DNA of 64,000 nt from Lytechinus pictus (lineage: Eukaryota). The stretch lies in the NCBI RefSeq assembly GCF_037042905.1, contig NC_087251.1:13144001-13208000 (forward strand), given 5' to 3'. Positions 28,088 to 41,500 of this stretch are shown here, piece after piece. The first letter of the stretch is position 1. Each line of letters begins with the position of its first letter. The notes under the pieces were generated by a model. That model saw only the letters and a program-made list of their open reading frames with translations, made no database searches and was not told the origin of the DNA. The translations under genes and the position numbers were made by a program.

Positions 28088-28665
28088 AAAAATGTTAGTG
28101 TTTCATTGATGATGAGCTAGTTGCATGACAACTAAAACAGCAAATATTTATATGAAAAGTGTGAAAGAGTCAGAGAGAGAGAGAGAGAGGGGGGGGGGGA
28201 GAGAAACAACATGTGGACTATCTACCAAGTACAGTATATAAGTACATAAATATGTATGTATATGTACATGTATACTTTTTTTTAGAATGTACATGTATAC
28301 TTGGTAGATAGTCCACATGTTTGATCAATATCAATAAAAATATGGTAGAAACTTTCATGCTTATATATTCTTTTATTACTTTGTTTTATTCTATAAATTA
28401 GAGAAGGGGGGGATAGGTAGTGAGGTTTATAGAGGAAGGGTGCAGATGAATGCATAGAGAAAAATCTAGAAAGACAGAAGGACATCGACAGGGGGGGGGG
28501 GCTACAGCTAGAGAAGAAAACTAGAGGGAAATGGCTAATTGAGAAAGAGACGGACACTAACAGAGAGAGACGGGTCTATAAGGCAGCATGTATAATAGGC
28601 CTGTACGAGTCAAGGTGGTAAAAAGGGTCATTTAAAATATGCTTATTCTCAGTAATGAATTATGG

Positions 28666-29293
28666 CAGGGCCCTGGGAATGATTTTTTTACTAGGGGTGT
28701 CGATGTAAATTTGAAAAAAAAGTTATATAACAAAACGAAGGTCATTTTGTCGCACAGAAATTTGACAAGGAAAAAAATAAAAACAAAAAGGGTTTTCACT
28801 ACAAATTAAATGAAAAACATAAATTATTCCTTCTTTTTCTTTAGACTACCAATTCTCCTGGAAAGATCATCTAGGTCCAGAGAATTTGAAAAGCAATTAA
28901 AAAAAAGAAAAAATAAAGGCTTCTCGACAACATGAAGGTCATTTTGTCCAAGAGAAATTTGACAAGCAAAAAAAAAAAAAAAAGGGGGCCGGGGGCTCAC
29001 TACTAATTATTTTTCCACACCTACCAGAATTCCTGGGGAGTGTTTCATCAACATTTTCATCCGACAAGTTGTCAGATCTGACATCTTTCTCTGATGTTGA
29101 TTGGCTGAGAGGTACTGTTACTATGGTAACTGTCGGATAAAATGGGACTTGTCGGATAAAACGTCCGACAAGTACTTTCATGAAACGCCCTCCCGGGGGT
29201 GCTTCCTACATGTATGGAGAATAAAACACCCAGCACCCCTTACGAAAATCTTGGGGGTGCTTCACCCCCGCACCCCCGCTTCCCAGGGCCATG
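28666..29293. mobile_element. Non-autonomous hAT-like element with 8-bp TSD, containing a nested MITE and a captured gene fragment
   Basis: TIRs CAGGGCCCTGGGAA / TTCCCAGGGCCATG. Identical 8-bp flanks AATTATGG at 28658-28665 and 29294-29301. Internal repeats GAAGGTCATTTTGTC..AGAAATTTGACAAG. Confidence 0.85.
29032..29197. mobile_element. Nested MITE (GTGTTTCAT...ATGAAAC termini)
   Basis: Inverted ends GGGGAGTGTTTCAT / ATGAAACGCCCTCCC and internal CCGACAAGT/ACTTGTCGG repeats. Termini resemble the 6519 MITE. Confidence 0.75.
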
Positions 29294-29589
29294 AATTATG
29301 GGCACACTATACCACAGGGTATCCTAATTTGTAGATAAATCCCGAATAAATATACTAGGTCTGAACCCGGGGGCATGAAAGGATCAGACAGACCACTTGA
29401 CCTCGACTCACAGTAATCAGTAGTGTCTCCCTCTTTTGGGCAAAGCTTTATAATTATAGTGCTCCCCTCGCATAAAATGTCTTCCGGGATTCTGCTTGCA
29501 TTTGGGAGTGAGAAGCAGACGCGAAAATCAGTCGTTGAAAACATCATTAATTCTTCGTCTTACCTCTAACTTGTTAAATCTAAAAGAAG

Positions 29590-32500
29590 ATGTCTTCTTT
29601 AAAAGAATTTGCTGTAAGTTGACCTTTTGATGAAGTAAAAAGTATAATATTTGTCTTGCATTTCTAGGTTCGAGTTCCGAACAGTGAAGTCTGTCAGTGT
29701 GACGTTTTTTTGTTGTTTGTAATCAATATGATTGAAATGAATAAGGTACCGTCGTATCTAATGAATGAAACAGTGACAGTGAGTTTGGTGATCCAGTCAG
29801 TGGACTGTATCATGGTAACTAATAGCATAAGACTATAGGCCTAACTAATTACTAATCGAGTCAGAATTAGAATGCCCAAACACTCCAAACTTAGTTAACA
29901 ACAATTTGGGAGTAATTTAATTTTGGCTTAATTGTTTAGGGAACCTCTTGTCCATTTGTACGCAAGCACTTGTGAAGACAGTTGTGTACCATACCACTAT
30001 TCACTAACAAGTATTGCGAGGTTCCATGCACTACGATTCGTGTCTACGCAGTGGATTTTTTAGTTGTCGGTTAACATTGCTTCATAACAGTTTAACACAA
30101 ATAATGTGAGCCGAAACTCATTCCGTTGGCGTTACTCACCAGGGCTTTTTCTGGTGAAAAGTGTTCCATTTTCAATTTTAAAATAAAAAAGAGCAAAATT
30201 GCTTACCTCGGCCTGGAAAGTGGCTTCGCGTGTCTCTTCGACGGAAATAAAAGGAAGGTCGTTGGTGGCGCTAGTACAATTCACAACCTTAATTCAGCTT
30301 GGCGGCATTTTTTAGACTAGATTCTTGATTCATTGTATATGCGCAATTCCAATGATTGTTTGATAAAATAGAGACACCAATATTCAATAAATGCAATAAC
30401 TTATAAAACATACTTTTTATATTATTTTGCTGACGATAATACTTTTTGGAAAATATTCAAAGCGACAATTAAACAAAAAATATAGAAAATTCTATGTACC
30501 TTGAATGAAGCCCCGCAAGTGCTACCATTCGTTTGTCATTAACGTTCTACCAAAGTCTTTACAGTAAAAAGATTGGACACTTTGCCGACTTACTTTGTGT
30601 AACGCTTTGCATCGATTTACGTGTAAAATAGTTTTTGTGCTTAGTCTTTCCCTTGTAGTGTCTTTGATATGAAGATAAATCGTGCGACCTCTTTAGCTCA
30701 TTAGACGCAAATTTGGGAAATCGCAAGCTCGCTCCGTATTTTGTCAACGAGAAGAAAATTATACTCTTAAATGACGCTATTTGAGGGATATTCATCATAT
30801 TAGGGGGAATTGACTTTACATCGTTTGGTAAGTTTCGTAGGAGGACTTGATTCTGTAAATCCTCTTATGAAATTTGCGGGAGTTTGTTGCAATTTTGCAT
30901 GCGCCGTGCCTTCAATTTTCCTGTACACGGCGGCAGTAATGCACCCATGGGTGGTTGTGTACAAGTGAATAATAATGTTCTTAATCGATCGCTAGAGGGT
31001 ATTCATTTGTCTCGCAATCTACTATGGTCAACAAATTTGTGATCACTCTCGCAAAAAGTGTTCACTAGCTTTCTAGGAAATTTGTGATCACTCTCGCAAA
31101 AAGTGTTCACTAGCTTACAAGTTCACGAGCTTTCGAGTGCCGCTGCAACTCTTTATCAAGTGAAGAAAATTATCTTACTAACCTTCCCAAAATGTGGCCA
31201 AGTTAATGTGCAGTTTATGCAGTGGGCACGTCATGGTCTAGTGGTTCTGACTCTCACCTTTCAAACAGAAGTTTGTGGGTTCGAATCGTAGCCATGACGT
31301 GTTTTCCTTCAGCAAGAAATTTATCCACACTGTGCTGCACACGGCCCAGGTGAGGTTAATGGGTACCGGCAAGAAGTAATTCCTCAAAAAGCTGTGCGCA
31401 CCAGAATCAGTAGACTAGCTTAGCCGGGGTAATATAGGAGTGCCTTGAGCACCTAGCAAGGTGGATATGTGCGCTATACAAATCCTATATTATTATGTCT
31501 AAAATAAGGATACAAGATTCTGCTTCCTTATTTTGTAGCTTGGTACAAGAGTCTATTATACCCCCAAACTGGCCAACTTGATCTATAAACTTCTCTGAGA
31601 TAATAAAACATTTCTGAAAGAGAAAAAAATTACTCAGAAGGTCAAAAAACAAAAATTCCTTTCTAATTTCACCAGGCTTGTTGCACACGTGTTGTCTGTA
31701 ATATGGTGGATGGCTGTTGATAATGACAATAAATTGAGGGCAGTATTGCAGAAATTTATTTAAAGATGTTAAAGAAAATTACAATGTTTCAACTTACCCC
31801 GCGTTCCAACTAACCCCGGTCTCCCCTACTGTCCATAAGGTACACTCTTGCTTGGGTCAGGAAAAGGTGACGTCACTATAAAAATTAAGATTCAATGCAT
31901 TGCATGCTCTTAGTAAATGCAGACGCGCAGGGCTAACCGGATAAATGCACATTACCATTAATCGATATTCTCCCCAATCATTTAACACAGGGTTTACCCT
32001 CCAAAAATAAAAAGTTATATTGTACAACTTTTTGAAATGAGATCACGTGGCACCAATCTAGCCAATCACAGCTCGTATTTTACTACCATTATTTATCTAT
32101 ATAATGCAGTAGCAGCCAAATAGCTAATGTTCAGAGCTTAAACACTGGTGTCTTCACTCTCGTGCCTTAGAAGTTTTAGTATTCAGGGCCAGCTCATCTC
32201 TATCATCTTAAGACTACTGGCCTTTGGAGAGTAAAAGAAAAAATTCAAATACAACCTTACTTTCCATTTAGCCTGGTAGATGTTCTCGTCAAGAAGATAT
32301 CAGTCAGATCGCTATAAACATGCCTGGAAAAGTTATAGTTCTGAGATTGAGATAAAGTGTGTGCAGGTGACCCACTACCATGAATGTTTATATACCTATG
32401 TCCTTAAAGGGGCTTTCACAATCGCTCTTGCGATCGTTTGCGGTCATTTGGTCACAATATATGTTGCACACAATCGCAACGGTTGTAAGCAGTCGCACCA

Positions 32501-35500
32501 CCAATTGTGAAAGGGGCTTAAGCCATTCAGCTTGTGTCAAATTTTACACTACCCGTATAAAATACATTACATCCTAAAAATATTTTTATGACCAAAAATC
32601 ATCTCATGTCATGCCTGTATGATTTTCATAATAAAAGCACAATTTTATTTTCATCATTCATTTAGAATACATTTAAAGCCCCTGGTTGAAATACAGATTT
32701 GAATAATAAAAATTTGAATATAAAATATTGCAAACTGATCCAGTACATGTAGATCATACAAAATCGATTGAACTTGGTACAGACCTTCAACTTAACATTT
32801 TGGGGCACCAAGGTCAAAATTTTTTTTACAAAGAAGGCATCAAAGTACATACACACACATAAAAGATTTATAAATAAAAATTTAAATACAATATTTTCAC
32901 AAATGTCTTACCCTAGGTTCAGGTGTACATTATAATAAATGAAAAAAAAAATACTGTTGGCTTTGCTCAGCATAAGCTCACCAGGTTACATCTTTCCTGC
33001 AACAGTGAGTGATTGATAATAATTCTGATGAAGGTTAAAAATGACTCCAGTGATTCAAGCCTTCTAGAATGATGATGAACTCCTGCTGTTCTAGCTCCTC
33101 TTTTGAACTTCCATTTCCTGTGGTTGCCCACCCCTTCCCCATTCACTTTCCTGTGCTTCTCGGGGTGCTGTTTACACATGTGGGGGTGGGTGAAAGTGAT
33201 TTTCAAAGTTTCACCTGATAGTTCTCCAAGTTGTGCATGCTCTGTCCATGAGCCATTATTAAGTTAAAGAGATTGTTTGGGTTTAAAACAAATATTATAC
33301 AATTGGTGTAGTATGCATGTTGTATACCATGGATATGTGTGAATAAAACTGGTTGTAGGAGGCATTGCATGTGTTTTTCATGTCGTCCTATCTGTCTTTC
33401 TGGTTTTAGTTCTTCTGAACACTAGAACTATTTGACTGATCAACTTCAGACTTGACTTATTTATTCATTCAGGGATGACAATGATCTGATAAGATATGGA
33501 GTTACATTTTCAATAGTCATGAATATAATTTAATGTCAGAACTATATTGATGAACAGATGAACAAATTGTACATACAGTCAAGTTATCATAGTTGGTTGA
33601 TTGAAAAGATAAAGCTGCAGCTGTTCTCTGCTTCATTCTTAATTGGATGGGAAGTTTGATACATATACCTAATAGGATGAGGATTAGGAATTGAATTCCC
33701 CCAAATCTGGGGTAATAATGGAGATGAACCATATTATTTATATGGCAATTTACGGGATGAATATTACTTGACATGTGTAAAAAAAAAAAGAAGAAGAAAG
33801 AAGTAGATTTTTGGCAAACCTTCATTCCCATGATATAATTATGTTGTTTAATTTTTAATTTTTCCACTTTTATTACTGACCAATTTGTATCAGATTGGAA
33901 TTCACCTTTAAAAGACCAAGTTCAAACTAGAGAGATTAGTCATGACATTGTCTTGCATGTTTAGTGACTGACAGCCGAGCCCAAGGTCAACACTCGTCTT
34001 ACTCATGATCAATGCAAAGTCTGTGGTGATCACTCGCTCATACCGGATGTTCTGAGAGGAAGAGATTGAAAGAGAGAGACAGGGAGACACACCTAAAGAA
34101 ATAGAGAGATTAAGATAAAGGATGAGGGGGGGGGGGGAATGTTGCAATATACAAAGCACAAAAAAGATGAGACAACTGCGAGCATGTGCGTCAGTATTTT
34201 ATATGCGGACCAAACCAACATATTTTGAGGTTTATCATTGCTGCTTGCCAGTCCACAAAGTTTTTAGGGACAAGTTTCAATATTCAGATCTTGTTGGCAG
34301 CTGAGTCTTATAATATTTTTTGGTGAATACATTCTATCGGTATCAATCCAGTACATTACATACATGTACTTTATTCCACCATGGCTCAGTCAAGGATTAA
34401 CAGTGTAAAAAGTTACAAAGTTATGGGAGGCTTGGGAAATATGACTGACCTCACTTCTTTTGTGGTAAGTTATGCTGTGACAGTGTAAAATCTCAATCTA
34501 TCCTTTTTTTTCATCCTGGAAGTATCAACGGTCATTTTATGATCACCTATGATTCCCAGGATTGTTTCGAAAATTATTTTTTTCTTCAATACTTTACTTT
34601 ATACTTATGTATCTTTTTTTTACAATGGAAGTTTATTTTACTTAATTCATAGTCATATTCGTAGTGTAAAAATAACTTTTAAATAGTTTTATTCTCAAAG
34701 AATTTTCACATATTATTACCTCCAGCTTCTTTAGGCATCAGTGGCACTTCATAATCTTAATTCCAGTTTTCATTTTGGTGGATATTTTTTAAAGGTCACT
34801 TCCAACTTGAGTCTTTTATGCAGTTGATTGAAAATTGAACTCAGAATTCCAGCTATACATGTATGTACTGTCATCATAATTGCAGATTTTAAGGTCAGAC
34901 AGAAATCAAGATATTCATGTAATGTTAGAAAATTCATGTACATATCTCAATAGCATACTACCATGTGGTAAAAAAAAGTGTATACACATGTGTTACGGGC
35001 TGACTGCATCAGCATAGGCACCTGCTCTTCCAGCTTTGTGCTCTCAGGCACAGTGTATGTATAGTACAGCGAATCTTGTTTATTTTTCACTTTTTAAAAA
35101 AACTTCCCTTTTGTTTTAAATTTTCAGATAAACATACACTAGACAGTGATACACTGTACCTTGTCAAAGCAAGATTTATGCTTTTGATGATGTTCAATCC
35201 TATTAAATTGTAATTCTGTCAGTCAGTTTTCTTTTTACTTTTCTGGAAACATAAAAGATAACACCACACTCTCTTTAAGGTTTTTGTCTCACCTGCATAG
35301 CAGAGTGAGACTATAGGCGCCGCTTTTCCGACGGCAGCGGCAGCGTCAACACCAAATCTTAACCGAAGGTTAAGTTTTTGAAATGACAGCATAACTTAGA
35401 AAGTATATGGACCTAGTTCATGAAACTTGGCCATAAGGTTAATCAAGTATTACTGAACATCCTGTGGAAGTTTCAGGTCACATGATTAAGGTCAACGGTC

Positions 35501-38500
35501 ATTTAGGGTCAATGAACTTTGGCCAAATTGGTGGTATTTGTTGAATTACCATCATAACTTTGAAAGTATATTTGTCTAGTTCATAAAACTTGGACATAAG
35601 GTTAATCAAGTATTACTGAACATCCTGCATGAGTTTCACGTCACATGACCGAGATCAAAGGTCATTTAGGGTCAATGAACTTTGGCCAAATTGGGGGTAT
35701 CTGTTGAATTACCATCATAACTTTGAAAATATATTGGTCTAGTTCATAAAACTTGGACATAAGAGTTGTCAAGTATCACTAAACATCTCATGCAAGTTTC
35801 AGGTCACATTAGCAAAGTCAAAGGTCTTTTAAGGTCATTGAACTTTGGCCATTTTATAGGCAATTATTAGATTGCTGTCATAACTTTCAAAGTTTATAGA
35901 TATAGTGTATAAAATGTGGATATAGGGGTAATCAAGTATCACTGACAAGTTTTAGGTCACATGATCAAGGTCCAATGTCAATGAACGTAGTATTGTATCA
36001 TTATATGAATGGTGTTTTTTGTGAATAATTATTTAAATGGTGTTTTACAAAGTCAGCACTGCTGCTATACTGAATCGCGTGATGCAGGTGAGACCGCCAG
36101 AGGCATTCCACTTGTTTAAATTCTAATCTGTTTACAAATTTTTCGCCATTACTCCTATTTGTTTAAGATCGGTATGCTCGATCTGTAATGAAAATCACAA
36201 GTCAGAAAAAATTGGAACCAGTGAGATTCGAACCTGCCATCTACTGCTTTCCGTTTGTTCTGTTCTTCATTTACAGAAGTCTGATTTTGACCCTGAGCAG
36301 CACGTGGAGCAGCTTGCCTGGCGTGTTTTAGGAGGGGACACCAGGGATGGTCCAGGCAGCTTTGATCCTAAGAAGATGCTCAATGCATTTGTGTGTACCA
36401 TTGAGGAGCTGAAGCTAAGCTCTGCCAGGGTAGAGGAGAAGATCACAAAGCTGGAACATGGTATGAAGACTGAGATGAAGCAGCATGCTAAACGTATCTC
36501 ACAGCTTCAGGATCATAATAAGGTAAGAGGAGGTGGTAGGAGAGGTTGCTCAGTATAGTGATTATATTGAAATATAATATTCAACAATGTTGGGTCTGAC
36601 AATATTGACTCTATGATATATCACCTTACATGATTTTTAAAAATGAGGTTAGGACATGTATTTGACTAGAAATCTGCTGTTGAATGCTGTGATTTTCAGG
36701 TAGGGTCATAAATGGTATAATGCCCAGGATCCCAGTCTAACCTTGGGTCCAAGCGAAAAAGTCACAAACTTGAGGAATTTTCCCTCTGTACGTTTGCACC
36801 TGTAACCCTTAGATGAAGAAAAAAAAACCATGAACATTGTTTAACATTTTTGGCTGATTGAGGGATGATAGGAAGATAGAAAGATTGATTTTTTCCCATT
36901 GTGGTTAATTTCAGGCCCCTGCTTCTATTTGATGTCAGCATTTCTATGATTATCCGTACCTCTCAATACCTGGCAATCCAATATTCTGATAGTAAAATCC
37001 TTCTTTCATACTCTACACCCATACATCTCTTTGTAATCTCTTTCTCGGCATACACAGCTAGCCTTCCTAAATTTTCAAGAGCTGGATGAGCGTATCAACA
37101 GTGTAGCAACCAAGGTGGTTCATCTAGGAGACCAGTTAGAGGGTGTGAACACACCCAGGTCAAGGGCAGAGGAAGCACTCAAGCTCATCCAATATTTTGC
37201 AGATTTCATGGATGATTTTGGACCAACTGCTGATATCTTCAATGATCCAGAAAAGGTAAATACAGCATTTACTATAACTCTTTCTCCATACAAACTTGCA
37301 AATTTCGAACTTTGAAACATATTTTATATGATTTTCTATTCATTTTAGGTACATAAACTTCAGCAAGAAAAAAAGAAAGAAAAATACTGTTGCCAATTTG
37401 AAGAGTTAATGTTGATCAAATAACTCTTCAAATTGTCCATTGTCCTTAATGGGCTAAAATGTCAAACAAATATTTATTAATCATCAGTTTATTTTTTAAA
37501 ATTTCTGTTGAGGCTAAAAATGTGATGTCATACATAACTTATATAGCGCTTTACAAAACATATGTTCAAAGCGCTTTATGATGAACAACTAATAATAATA
37601 ATGAAATTACATTGAACAGCACTTTAAAATGTATCTACGGGGACTGGTGTCATGATAGCATTGTCCTTAAAAATCATCTTTTTTATTTTTGGAATTTCCG
37701 TGTTTTTCTCTTTTTGTAGTACCAAGAAGCTGCTGATGTAATACAGAAGCTACAACTGATTGCCCAAGAATTACCACAAGATCAGTAAGTTCAAGGCCTG
37801 TTAACACAAAAATCTACAATCAGTTGCACATTTGACATAAATTTTGATTGGTTAAAAAAGTGTATGTTAGAATTAAATGCAGAGGCAATTTTTAATTAAT
37901 TAATACTTTCAGATTACCCATGGCACTGTGACACAAAGTTGATTTTATGATTAAATGCATTAATTGTAATCAATTGTACAAATGGAGCACTAAACTTTGT
38001 ATTATCAGATCCAGGTGAGTGTTCCATAAAGATGTTTGTAAAGTTATGCACAACTTTACATGACTGGAACATGTTGTTAGGTGCTACCTCAGATATATAA
38101 GGATTTAAACTTTAGAAGAAAATGGTCTCTAGTCATGTATTAAGTCAATTGTAATTTATGGACAGCTTTATGAAACACCGATCAGGTCACATTTTATCTG
38201 TGCTTACTGTAGCAAGAAGGATTCTGCATATAGTTGAACTACTGGAGTGCATGCTGGGAAGACTGATCAATCTCATAATTTCCTTATACAACATAAATAA
38301 ATAATATATATTAAATATTTCAGTAAGATTTTTCACTTTATATACGTAGTATATGCATTTGGGGAAAGGGTAATTTTTCCTGAACAGGTATTTTTTCCTT
38401 CTGTTATTACAGATTATGTTCCAATTTGAATCCAGTTGTAAGTACAAGGGCTATTTTTTCCCCCTTTTTTTTTTGGGGGGGGGGGGTAAATCGACTTAAG

Positions 38501-41500
38501 CCAACATGCTTTTTTTTTCCTAATTTAACTCTGATATGTGTTGGTAACTGCACCTAATCCTCACAAATTTTTCGGCATTTCTCTTCTCCAGATTTGATAA
38601 GCCAAAGAAAAAGATTCAAGGTGAGTGAAGATTAGATTCATATCTTTGCATCCTGTATATGGGCCATTCTTGGTCTCATGTATAGCTTAACATTTTACAA
38701 ATCTTGATTTTAAGTAATTCAAAGGTTATATAATATTAACGTGTTTAGTCAGCTATCATTTTGAAATATTTTTTGCTGTCTCCAATATGCAGGTTCAAGG
38801 TCAGAGGTAAAAAAGTGGTAAAAAATGTGTGTGACTTCAAACAAAAGCATGCTTTCGAAAGTTTAATTTAATTTAATTTCATTTTGAAATTCCTGTAAAT
38901 TTCTAAATGAAATTAAACTTTCAAACTCATCATAATTAATTATGAATCTCTAAAATTTTTTATTTATAACTAATTAAAGTCACAATTTGTCATAATTTCT
39001 GTCACACACAAGACCATTTATGTATCAATAAACCTGGATGTGTTCTTAAATTTACAAGCAGCTTTATAAATGACTGAATTATGAAGTGCCAAAATCTAAG
39101 CCAAAGTTTCTTCTGATGTTTAACCAGAGATATTTGTACTTCCATTAATTTGATTTAAATTTTAGCAATTAGCATAATTTGAACTAAAATCTATGTTAGC
39201 AACTGTTTTCAACTTCAGCCATTCATTGAAAGTATAAATGATTCAGATGATATTCTAGTCTCTATAAGGTTTTTCCCATAAGTGTGAAAAATCTCTTTCA
39301 GTCAGTTTGAATTTCATGTTCAGTCTGATATCAACAGAAGGCAGTATAAACAAAGCTTTTCTATGCATCTTCATCTAAAGAAATAAAGATTTACAATTGA
39401 ATTTTCAAAAGAACACAGTGGTAGCCTTAACCTAAAGATAACAGGCCAAAAGTATGAACTTATATAGTAATAATAGCAAGACCATTTAAAACTCAAAATA
39501 TGATATATGATTATGAAAACTCAGAATTATAGTAATATACTGACAATTATTTCTTGGCAAAAGTTACAAGCGATATGAAATAAGTTTTGAGAAGAGTTTA
39601 GAAAGTCTGTTGAGAGGGAGCCTGATAAAAATGCAAAGGAAGTGAATTCTGGAGTAGAGTAGGGGCGGGAAATTTATGGAACCTTTGCTCTCCTGTACAG
39701 ATAAATTTTCACATTCTTTATCTCAAATGTGAGCAATCACAAATGAAATGATTAGAATAATTGAAAATATAATAAAAGATAATGTGTTAAAAATCGATGC
39801 AGACCATTTAAAGTCCAGTATATTGTGCCTCCAGAATAATAATAAAAAATGAACTAAAACAAGCTAATTATATTCTTTAAATTGGCAATGCAGTGAAAAA
39901 AATAAAATAAGCATTTGGAAATTCATTACTGTCTTCTTCCTACAGAGAAATATAATCAGATAGAGGAGGATCTAATCCAAGATTTCAGACATTACTTCCA
40001 AGAAGCTGACATTGAGAGAATGAAAGAATTAGCAAGTATTCTCATTCATTTTAAGGTGAGATTTAAAACATTAGCCATTAGTTTAATGTCCATTTTCCAC
40101 ATATTGTATTTTTCCCATTTAAGTCATATTTTAGGTTGAAATGATTTTTGAGTTGCCTTTCCTTTAACCTGGGCAGAGTTCATTTTGTTGCATTAAGATA
40201 TTTAAATTTTTGTCAGATATGCATGCTATCATGTGTACATTCATGCATCTTAATACCTTCATCTGACTTATTTTTCTTTCAATGCAGGGTTACAATCGAT
40301 GTGTGGATGCTTTCATTGAGGAAAGTCAGATGGTAAATATCATTTATTGCCGGGATAGTTACTGTATTTATTTTATAATGTATTGCTGAACTAATAAATA
40401 ATTCAGCTTTATTTTCAAATTGCAAAGAAAATAAAAATCATCATATTTTATTTTCCATTTCCATTTTTTTCCACAGATAGTTTAGAATACTCTTTTTTGC
40501 ATTAGATTATCAAAGTAAATAAAAAATGGCAGTTTCTTGAAATTATACCGGAAAAATTATATGTATTTCACATGTATTTATTACTTTCTTAATTTTTGAT
40601 AATCATTAAGAAAGAATAATTATATTTTAATTTTTCCTTTCAATTTATTAGAACTGTTTCATTCTTCAAGACGTATGTGAAGATCTGCTTCCACTGTGCA
40701 AGAAGGTGAGAAATGCAATTTAATTAAGAATATAAAGTGTTACTCTTTATAGTTTAGAGTAGTAATTTATTTTTCTTGCTAGTGTTGGATTGAAAGAAAA
40801 CATGTAGCTTGTAGTGAACTGTGGTATTGTGCATTACATGTGGATTAATTTTAACTTTAAGATATTCAGTAACTTTCATACCATGTATCTTACCTGCGTA
40901 AACGAAGTGAGACTATCTGATGGTTGTGTTATCAACACCAAATCCTAACCAAGGTTAAGTTTTTTAAAATGCAATCATAGCTTTGAAAATATCAGATTAT
41001 ATATCATGAAATTTGGACTTAAACATAAATGCCAGTTGTGGTAATGAATTCAAATTCCAATAAATTATCCATCTGTTTTGATTAGTGAAAAAAAAAATTG
41101 TGCGAAGTGATTCTGGAAGAAATTGCATCACTGCGGAGAAATTTAAAAACAAAATGTGATGTCCTTTGGAAGAAAAAAAAGTAGTATACCCAATCCATGA
41201 TGTACTTGCTATTTGAATAAAAAGTGATTAACATAACATAATATTTCCTTTTTTATTTAAAAATTCTTCACAGGTTAATGCCTTAATTCATGATGTATTC
41301 AGTAGTCCTGAGAGCGTGATGGGGAGGTTTGTGGTTAACCTTTATGAAGATAAGTTACAGGTGAGATATGATCCCTCTTCAATAAGTGAGAAGATGAATG
41401 GAATGTCATGAGGGTGTAAAAGTAAAAAGCTGATGATTGTAATCTGAGCAGTAGTAGAATTGTTTCTGTTTTTGCTTGTTTGTATACATCTGAGTTTGAT

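Noticed and set aside
32280-32368. Third EXOC5 first exon (MFSSRRYQSDRYKHAWKSYSSEIEIKCVQ)
   Set aside because: Phase fits, but the donor (CAG|GTGACC) and Kozak context are weak and there is no similarity to Sec10 N-termini.
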